Below, in pieces: positions 40,059 to 47,334 of a DNA stretch of 47,334 nt. Every line of letters starts with the position of its first letter. The first letter of the stretch is position 1. The stretch comes from a virus. The notes under the pieces were generated by a model that was not told where the DNA came from, did not search any database, and saw only the letters and a list, made by a program, of their open reading frames with translations. The stretch lies in IMG/VR virus record IMGVR_UViG_3300045988_179273. One strand, written 5' to 3'. The translations under genes were made by a program, and so were the position numbers.

Positions 40059-43000
40059 ATGTTTCTTGAGCAGGTTTTTAATCCGTTAGAAAACCGTCCG
40101 ACTCCCTCGAAAGAGGAGATTGATACCTCGTTTGACAATTTCTACGGTAAGGGCGAGCGTCCGTTGGCGTTGCCTGATGACATGTCAGGACAGTACAACA
40201 CACAGCTTTCTCCGGATGAAGAATCTGCCTATCAGGCGTGGGCAAAAGGACAGGGGCGAGAAAAGGACGTTTTTAATTACGACCTGCGCGGCGCATGGAA
40301 AGAACTCCAATCGGGAACGATGAGCGAAGACGAACGCGGGCATTTAGGTGATAAGTACAAAAAGCCGAATCACCCGACGTTTAGCACCGAATCCATTTAC
40401 AACGGCAAAGACGGCTATCAGGGCGGAGTTTGGAGCAGAAACGGAAACGTTGATGTCTATACGCCTCAGCACAAATTGACGCCGGAGCAGGCCAAACGCT
40501 TAAAGCTTTATTTCGCGCAGAATGAAGAAGGCGTGGCTCTTAACCTGAAAGACAAGGTTTACGACAATCCAACAATTCAATTGGCCCCGAAGTCCGTCGG
40601 TGCATTCGACGGGCTTGCGAAGGGAATTCTGTATCCGATTCCTAACGCCTTGGTCCGGATGGGTTCTGGTGCTCTCATGGTGGCGTCAAAAGCGATGCCG
40701 TGGGTGCGTGATGACTTCTTAAAACAGATGGAGCAGGCATCTCTCGATTTGGACAAGTGGAATCGTGCGAATTTTGGCGCGAATCCGGAAACTATGGGCA
40801 AGGCAACGCAGGTTATTCATGGCCTCGTAGGGATGCTTGCCGAATTGGGAGTGCTCACGACGGGAGTAGGCGGAGCGGCAGGCCTCGCGATTAAAGGAGT
40901 CGGCGCAGCAGAGAAACTTCGCAAGACGTCCATTGCCGTCGGCTCAGCCTTGTTCGGTACTGATATAGGAATTTCGGAGCGTAATCGTCTTGTGGCCGAA
41001 GGGGTGGATGAGGATACGGCATTTAAAGCAGGCGCTGTTTCTGGCCTTCTCAACACAATTGGCGCAGCAATTCCTCCGTTCTTAGGCAGCAGCCGTACTT
41101 GGTCAGCCTTGTACGGTGCCGGCAGTAACGTAGCCTTGAACTATGCCGAGCTCTCAACCATTTCCTACGTTCTGGATCATCAGGATTACACGGAGCTTGC
41201 CAAGCAGTATGAGCTGAACATGGTCGATATGCTTGTCTCAGCAGGCGTGGGCGCATTTATGGGAACCGTCTTTTGGCGTAATCCGGTTGATGTTAAGTAC
41301 GACCGAGCATACCAACGTGTTTACGAGCGCTACAAGTTAGACTTGGAAGCCGGTGGGAAATTCTCTCAAGAAAAGATTGATTCAGAAGCGAAAATCAATG
41401 CGGCCTCGGTGGTTTCGTATGCTCGAATGATCCATATCGCACCGGACCAAGTTGATGACCTGGCTGCGAAAATCGTCTGGACTGACGACAGAAAGGCGTT
41501 CTCGGTGCCAGAAGAATACGCCATGCCGATTACGCAGGGCAGTGAGTGGCATATGGGGCCGTCTCCGAAGCGAAATGCAGAAGAGCAGATACCTGTCTTG
41601 AAAATTACAGAAGCTCCGCTTGGAAGAAAAGATGCGATTGCTTATACGACGGCCATTCTAAAGGACGGCGTGAAAAACAAAGACAGCGGATTTGTTCTCA
41701 CTGCCTCCCGCAGCGATATGAAGAAGGCTGCAGGCGAAAGAGGAGGATTGAAAGAAAGAGTATTCACCTCGGTGGCTAAAAATATCGACAAAATAGCCGA
41801 AAACTCTGTCTTAGTTGAGAGTCACGTAGATGTTAAACATCGGAATCCTAATGTTCAAGGGGTACATATTTTTGCTATGCCTGTTGAATTTGATGGTTCC
41901 TTCTGGCGAGTTCAATTGTTGGTGAAGGATGTTATTGAGCCTGGGAATGAAAAAACAGCAGTTCACACGATTGACGGAATCGAAATCCATAAAATGGAAA
42001 ACCCGCCCGTTGGGATAACCCAATCGGAGGGCGGGGTTTCTTACGTCGCTGGGGTCGCGGCCGCGGACAACCGACAAGTCCACAATGTCACCGATAATGT
42101 TCCCAACGACCGTACTGTTAGTTTATCCCAATTACTTGGCGGTGACAAGCCCTACATTCGCCAAGACGGAAAAGGATTCTTTGATTCGGTGGACGACGCT
42201 TCCCGCGCGGAAGGGGGTGTGTACTATGAGCCGCGTGAATACAACCAAATCATTGGCGAATATGGGGTCAGCGTCATGGATCAAGCTGACGAGAATTGGT
42301 CGCGCACAAACAACAGAAATGTCGCGTTGCAGATGGAATATTCTGGAAAAACGCCAAAAGAAATTCGTTTGGCAACCGGATGGGAACGCGGAGCCGACGG
42401 CAAATGGCGTTATGAAATTCCAGACATCAAGATTCGAGAAGACGGCTTCCGAATGTTACGTGATCGCGAGAAGGCAATCCGTGACAAGAAAGATGATTGG
42501 GCGTATTCGGACGAGGGCATAAATGCCTCGATTGAGGAGGGTAAAAGCCACGAAGCGGCCATAGATAGCGCACACGAGAGCGACGTATTGACTACAACGC
42601 TCGATAAGCTTGTCGATGCTCCGGATCTCTTCAAGGCATATCCTCAATTGCGAAAGATGACAGTCGAGTTCGGCAAACTGCCAAAAGGAACCGGTGGTTA
42701 TCTTTCGCTCGGAACAATGACAATGCGTCTTGGCCTTGATGCCGGAGTCTTTGCCAATTCGACTCGCTCGACTCTTATTCACGAAATTCAGCACGCCGTT
42801 CAGGAAATTGAGGGGTTCGCGCGCGGAGCTGACCCTAAGCGCATGCCTGGCAAGGGCGACGCTCTTTTCATTGACATGCAGCGGTTGCGGGAATTGCGAG
42901 GAAGTTCTGATTGGCGAGAGTATCAGGAAGCCGCAGATGAGATGCTGCGCCAGAGTGAAGCAGAAACAATGGATGACGCAGCGTGGAAACGTGCGACTTC

Positions 43001-45749
43001 CCGATTCGATGCAGCTGAAAAACTGCCCGGTGTTCAAGAGGTGCGGGCCGAAGAAAAACGTCTGACGGACAAGTGGGGTGATTCGCCGGATGTTTTACAG
43101 GCAATTAATAACGCAGCGGACATCACAGATCCTGTTTTCGCCAGAATAACTGAAAGCAATCCGTATTATCGGTATCAGTCTTATGCGCGTGTTGCCGGCG
43201 AGGTTGAAGCTCGAAATGCTCAGACAAGAAAGGATATGACGCCCGAGGAGCGTGCAGAAATATTATTGCTGGACACTGAAGGCGTTCCTCGAAATGAACA
43301 GATTATCATCAGCCGTGAATACCTGCAGAAAGGGCAAGAGGGCATTCGTGGCGCATTCAATCCGTCTACAAATACGATTCGCCTGACTCCGAACGCGAAT
43401 CTATCAACGTTCTCGCACGAGCATGCGCACTGGTATCTGACGAACACATTGGCGCTCGGCGGTAAGAAGGGGGCGCCGCTTGAGTTGCAGTCTCAAATCA
43501 ATGCGATTCTTCATGCGTTCGGGATCAAGAGCATTAATGATTGGAATGCGCTCGGCTTTGAAGGCCAGCGTAAGTATCAAGAGCAGTTTGCCGCATGGAC
43601 TGAAATCTATCTGACGCAGGGAAAATCACCGGTCAAAGGCCTTGAAGGCGTTTTCGCTAAGATGGCCGAATGGCTCATCGGCATGTATAAGGCCGCGCTC
43701 GGAAAGGACGCAGGTCCTGATGCGGCTGTTAGAGAAGTGAGCGACCGCTATCAAGCGCAATTTGGCGAGAAACTTCCTGAACTCTCTCCGGAAGTGCGCA
43801 AGGTTCTTGACACGATGTACGGAGCTCAGCAAAAGCGCAGCGCTTTCAAGTCGAGCAAAGCTCAAGCAATGGCCGGTCGACTTGTTCAGGCCCAGCGCGT
43901 GAATCAAACTAAGGTCAGCGCTCCGATTAGCGATCCACACGGACCTACGGCAGGCAATGTCGGTCAGGCTGCGCAGGGAAAGGCAGTTTCTGACCTGAAC
44001 AACGGGCGCAAGGTGGATGTTTCCGAACAGGTTGGCGATACGGAAGCGAATGTGCCGGTTGTGGAGGATACGCAAAGCACGTTCGCGCGCGGCGTTTCCA
44101 TCGGCGACGGAGACAAAAGCCGAGTGGTTGTTCTCCAGAACCGCAACCGTTCGGACCCGAACTCCGTGGCGCAGATGAATTCCATTGCGACCGACCCGCA
44201 ATATGGGCGCTTGAGCACGTCACGCACAACGCAATCGGGTGCTCCCATTGTGTCTTTTGGCCATCTTCCGGATAAAGCCTATCAGGGCAAGTCCGAGACC
44301 ATTACGGAATCGAACGGCAACAAGGTGCCTGTCACCTACTATGTTGTTGAGGCTGATGATGTGATGCGCTCCAACAACTACGACGGTACGCCAAATAAGG
44401 AATGGAATAACGACAATCCTGATCAGATGCGAGCCATTGCCGGTAACGGGCGTATGGCAGGGCTGTCTGAGGCATACAACCGTGGCACGGCGGAACAGTA
44501 CAGACAGGACTTGATGGCTGATTCCGAAAATCACGGTGTTTCACCTGAAACAATCAAGGGCATGAAAAAGCCTGTGTTGGTACGCTACATGCCGCCTGAC
44601 CGAGTTACGACAGGCTTTGTTGAGCGCTCCAATACGTCTGACGTGCTGGTCCGGTCCTCTCTTGAAACGGCTGTGCAAGATTCTCCCAAAGTCCGCAAGA
44701 ATATCGGCAAGTATGAATTTGATGAGGATGGCGATCCGACGAAAGAGACGCTCGGGCAATTTCTCACGGACGTCGGCGAAGTCTCTGAGATGGGGAACCT
44801 TATTGATTCGAACGGGAATCCGACAACGGCTGCGAGGGCCCGAATTAAGGCTGCTGTGTTCTATGAAGCATACCGAGACAAACGCCTGACGGAGCTTGTT
44901 GCGGATTCTGAAGATAAACATGGGATTAAGCGAATTTTGAGCGCCATGAGCGCCTTCGCTCCCCATGTGATTCAGATTCGTGAAACAAGCGGTGGCGCGA
45001 TTGATTTGGCGCCGATTATCACTGACGCAACGCATCGCATCTTACAGGCCCGAATCAACGGAGAGGGCGTGGACTTTACTGCCCAGGGCGATATGTTCTC
45101 TTCAAATCCGGCTACGGAAATGATGACGAACTTCCTGAGCCAAAACCGCAATTCGGCAGCGGCAATGCTCCGTGTGTTGCGTCCGTTTGCCGAGCAGGTT
45201 GAGAATGCTCTTCAGGCTGCGGACAGTCCTATGTTTGCAGATTTGGCAGTCAAAACCGACCTTGCGGACGCTATGGCCCTTTTCCGAAAGGCAGAGAATC
45301 AAGAGATTCGTAATCGCTCAGGTGACTTGCTCGGGGATGCGGACGGAAAGCTTTTGCCGGAAATAGATGTTGAGGCGATGCGCTCATCGCTGGCCAACAC
45401 ATTAAAGGACGGCAAGAATCTAGTTGATGCAATCTCCGAAGGAGTGGCTGAGACAAACCGCATGGCTACACCCGAAGCGAAAGCTGAGGCTCAGCAGCAA
45501 CATCTTATTGAGCAGCAGAATGCCCGAGAGGTTTTGTCTGAGAATTCTGAGGCTGTTCGGGCTCGTAATTTTGCGCTCGAAGATCCTAATCGCGAGTTGG
45601 TAATGACGGACGAGGCTGGCAACGATATTGTTATTAGTGCGCGAGAAGCCATGGCTCAGGCTGACGAAATCGAAAAGGGACTAAACGACGACACGGCCGG
45701 TTTGGGCATGGGCGTGGCTTGCATCATTCGTAATCAAGGAATCAGATAA
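40059..45749 (+). CDS. Giant polyvalent ejection protein (1,896 aa) with TM region, two HExxH motifs and a ParB-like domain
   Basis: aa 250-405 is Gly/Ala-rich and hydrophobic. HEIQH at aa 908-912 (nt 42780-42794). HEHAH at aa 1120-1124 (nt 43416-43430). ParB/DdrB-like VVVLQNRNRSDPNSVAQMNSIA..SGAPIV..AIAGNGRMAGLSEAY at aa ~1355-1475. Confidence 0.7.
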   Translation: MFLEQVFNPLENRPTPSKEEIDTSFDNFYGKGERPLALPDDMSGQYNTQLSPDEESAYQAWAKGQGREKDVFNYDLRGAWKELQSGTMSEDERGHLGDKYKKPNHPTFSTESIYNGKDGYQGGVWSRNGNVDVYTPQHKLTPEQAKRLKLYFAQNEEGVALNLKDKVYDNPTIQLAPKSVGAFDGLAKGILYPIPNALVRMGSGALMVASKAMPWVRDDFLKQMEQASLDLDKWNRANFGANPETMGKATQVIHGLVGMLAELGVLTTGVGGAAGLAIKGVGAAEKLRKTSIAVGSALFGTDIGISERNRLVAEGVDEDTAFKAGAVSGLLNTIGAAIPPFLGSSRTWSALYGAGSNVALNYAELSTISYVLDHQDYTELAKQYELNMVDMLVSAGVGAFMGTVFWRNPVDVKYDRAYQRVYERYKLDLEAGGKFSQEKIDSEAKINAASVVSYARMIHIAPDQVDDLAAKIVWTDDRKAFSVPEEYAMPITQGSEWHMGPSPKRNAEEQIPVLKITEAPLGRKDAIAYTTAILKDGVKNKDSGFVLTASRSDMKKAAGERGGLKERVFTSVAKNIDKIAENSVLVESHVDVKHRNPNVQGVHIFAMPVEFDGSFWRVQLLVKDVIEPGNEKTAVHTIDGIEIHKMENPPVGITQSEGGVSYVAGVAAADNRQVHNVTDNVPNDRTVSLSQLLGGDKPYIRQDGKGFFDSVDDASRAEGGVYYEPREYNQIIGEYGVSVMDQADENWSRTNNRNVALQMEYSGKTPKEIRLATGWERGADGKWRYEIPDIKIREDGFRMLRDREKAIRDKKDDWAYSDEGINASIEEGKSHEAAIDSAHESDVLTTTLDKLVDAPDLFKAYPQLRKMTVEFGKLPKGTGGYLSLGTMTMRLGLDAGVFANSTRSTLIHEIQHAVQEIEGFARGADPKRMPGKGDALFIDMQRLRELRGSSDWREYQEAADEMLRQSEAETMDDAAWKRATSRFDAAEKLPGVQEVRAEEKRLTDKWGDSPDVLQAINNAADITDPVFARITESNPYYRYQSYARVAGEVEARNAQTRKDMTPEERAEILLLDTEGVPRNEQIIISREYLQKGQEGIRGAFNPSTNTIRLTPNANLSTFSHEHAHWYLTNTLALGGKKGAPLELQSQINAILHAFGIKSINDWNALGFEGQRKYQEQFAAWTEIYLTQGKSPVKGLEGVFAKMAEWLIGMYKAALGKDAGPDAAVREVSDRYQAQFGEKLPELSPEVRKVLDTMYGAQQKRSAFKSSKAQAMAGRLVQAQRVNQTKVSAPISDPHGPTAGNVGQAAQGKAVSDLNNGRKVDVSEQVGDTEANVPVVEDTQSTFARGVSIGDGDKSRVVVLQNRNRSDPNSVAQMNSIATDPQYGRLSTSRTTQSGAPIVSFGHLPDKAYQGKSETITESNGNKVPVTYYVVEADDVMRSNNYDGTPNKEWNNDNPDQMRAIAGNGRMAGLSEAYNRGTAEQYRQDLMADSENHGVSPETIKGMKKPVLVRYMPPDRVTTGFVERSNTSDVLVRSSLETAVQDSPKVRKNIGKYEFDEDGDPTKETLGQFLTDVGEVSEMGNLIDSNGNPTTAARARIKAAVFYEAYRDKRLTELVADSEDKHGIKRILSAMSAFAPHVIQIRETSGGAIDLAPIITDATHRILQARINGEGVDFTAQGDMFSSNPATEMMTNFLSQNRNSAAAMLRVLRPFAEQVENALQAADSPMFADLAVKTDLADAMALFRKAENQEIRNRSGDLLGDADGKLLPEIDVEAMRSSLANTLKDGKNLVDAISEGVAETNRMATPEAKAEAQQQHLIEQQNAREVLSENSEAVRARNFALEDPNRELVMTDEAGNDIVISAREAMAQADEIEKGLNDDTAGLGMGVACIIRNQGIR

Positions 45750-45751
45750 TC

Positions 45752-47334
45752 ATGAGACAAGAATGCGTAGAAGCAATTTCCAAGGCAACCGGAAAACCGT
45801 TTACGAGTGAGCAGGGCGATTTGCTCATCGGGCGCTTGAAGGCAAAGATGGCCACCATGAAGCGCTCGGAAGAGTACAGCGGGCGCTGGGAGGCAATGTC
45901 TCATGATGAGCGTATTCAGGCAGCAGGTGTCGAGATTGCTAAGGATATGCGTGCTGAGGCTGAAAGACGTAAAGGAAATATATATAAGACGATTCTTTTG
46001 CAGGATAAGAATACGCGAGAATTAGCGCGCCTAGCTAAGGACGAGGATATTCACGCCTATGCCGGCGTAGCCAAGGTCTTGCAAAACACGTATGCATACG
46101 CTCAGGGCGTCCGAAATGAATTCCTAACGGGCATGTTAGACACAATGTCAGGGATTCGCACCAAGTGGCTCGGCTTTGTTGAGAATAAGCAGGACGTTAT
46201 TGACTTTGTAAAAGAGGCTTTCGGTGAGGATTCGGGCAATCCGGAAGCGAAGAAAGCGTGGAAGGCATGGGAAAAAACAGCCGAAGCGATGCGACAGCGC
46301 GCCGTTCGTGCCGGCGCTGAAATCGGAAAGCTTGACTACGGCTACATTCCTCAGTCACACGATTGGTTGAAAGTGCGCAAAGCTGGTATTGAAGAATGGG
46401 TCAATGACGTATTGCCCAAGCTTGATAAATCGCGCTATCTCGATGAATACGGCAATCAGATGTCGGATGCCGATATCGTCAAACAGGTCCTTGAGCCTGC
46501 CTGGCGCGACATCGTTACGTCCGGAAACCCCGTAGATAACATCTTTGAGATTAAGAAGCGTGTTGAGAATCATGCTAACGGTCACGCCGAGGGCGGAAGT
46601 CGATCATCTGAGCACCGAGTCTTGCACTTTAAGGACGCCGATTCCTTTATGACTTATGAGAATAAGTATGGGCGCGGCTCGCTGACGTCTTCATTGATTG
46701 GGCACGTTTCCAAGATGAGCAACGATATTGCCATTATGGAAACTCTCGGACCGCAGCCTGGTGCCACATTCCGCATGATGAAGTCCATTGCCGAGTCCGA
46801 GGCTTTGAACGCCAGGATTAGCGAGAACCAGTGGAAACTGCTCACAGGGTATAGCGATGCTATGGGTTTGTCGAGAGTGAGCATTGATGCCATGTATGAC
46901 ACTCTTATTGGTAAGACGTCCTATGCTGCGCCGAACCGAGAGGGTGTTGCTCGCTTTATGAGTGGGTTCCGAAACATAGAAGTTGCCGGAAGACTCGGTA
47001 AGGCATTTATTTCCTCCTTGTCGGATATTCCTACATACTTTATTACGACAGGCTTTAACCGCTTGCCATTCTTTCAGTCTGCCGAGTTTTTAGCTAAGGC
47101 CTATGGCAAGGATTGGAAGGATTATGCAAATCGCATCGGTTTTATTTCTGATTCAATCGCTGCGGACTTTAGCCGTTGGGCGAATGACAACATTGGGCAG
47201 GGCTGGACGTCAAAACTCGCTAACGCCACAATGAAGGTGTCTTTCCTGACGGCTTACACGGATGCCGTGCGACGGGCCTTCAGTTTGAACATGATGGCAG
47301 GCCTTGGAAAGATGATTAAGAAGTCTTGGGGCGA
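45752..47334 (+). CDS. 5' part of the wrap-around internal/ejection protein gene (continues at nt 1-1065)
   Basis: ATG 45752, 2 nt after the stop of the 1,896-aa gene. I translated the frame by hand to the window end without meeting a stop. It is absent from the ORF track only because it has no stop in the window. Confidence 0.75.
   Translation, partial: MRQECVEAISKATGKPFTSEQGDLLIGRLKAKMATMKRSEEYSGRWEAMSHDERIQAAGVEIAKDMRAEAERRKGNIYKTILLQDKNTRELARLAKDEDIHAYAGVAKVLQNTYAYAQGVRNEFLTGMLDTMSGIRTKWLGFVENKQDVIDFVKEAFGEDSGNPEAKKAWKAWEKTAEAMRQRAVRAGAEIGKLDYGYIPQSHDWLKVRKAGIEEWVNDVLPKLDKSRYLDEYGNQMSDADIVKQVLEPAWRDIVTSGNPVDNIFEIKKRVENHANGHAEGGSRSSEHRVLHFKDADSFMTYENKYGRGSLTSSLIGHVSKMSNDIAIMETLGPQPGATFRMMKSIAESEALNARISENQWKLLTGYSDAMGLSRVSIDAMYDTLIGKTSYAAPNREGVARFMSGFRNIEVAGRLGKAFISSLSDIPTYFITTGFNRLPFFQSAEFLAKAYGKDWKDYANRIGFISDSIAADFSRWANDNIGQGWTSKLANATMKVSFLTAYTDAVRRAFSLNMMAGLGKMIKKSWG
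47216..47334. repeat. Right copy of the 119-nt terminal overlap (identical to 1-119)
   Basis: See the feature at 1-119. Confidence 0.95.

Noticed and set aside
42456-44201. Minus-strand ORFs of 193 aa (42456..43037) and 191 aa (43626..44201)
   Set aside because: Both lie inside the 1,896-aa gene on the opposite strand, with no start context and an Arg/Cys/His-rich composition.

Overview
The window is a complete, circularly closed temperate tailed-phage genome. Nt 1-119 are identical to nt 47216-47334, so the unit circle is 47,215 bp and the last gene wraps onto the first.

Layout in window coordinates:
- To 1065: end of a giant internal/ejection-protein block, followed by a terminator.
- 1112-2632: a repeat-rich attP-like spacer and a tyrosine integrase (1433-2632).
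- 2607-8534, minus strand: head/tail-hub operon (884-aa nozzle-like protein, adaptor-like, decoration-like, major capsid, scaffold).
- 8648-13800, plus strand: a cluster of fibre-type genes, ending in a Mu G-segment-like invertible C-terminal cassette (13455-14110).
- 14197-15613: a moron cassette of two lipoproteins (one frameshifted) and a membrane protein.
- 15714-17900: an IS21-family insertion with a target-site duplication.
- 18039-20986: a Com-like zinc ribbon and the lysis cassette (holin, lysozyme, embedded spanins).
- 21146-27126, minus strand: early-left operon (SSB, small genes, AlpA/Xis-like HTH, annealing protein, YqaJ-type exonuclease).
- 27288-28262: CI-like/Cro-like switch.
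- 28264-31627: early-right genes (DUF1376-type initiator with internal iterons, MazG-like, RusA).
- 31624 to the end: TerS, an intein-containing TerL, portal, and about 3,700 aa of internal/ejection proteins including a 1,896-aa polyvalent protein.

I recognised no rRNA, tRNA or CRISPR array. All family names come from reading motifs by eye; no searches were run.
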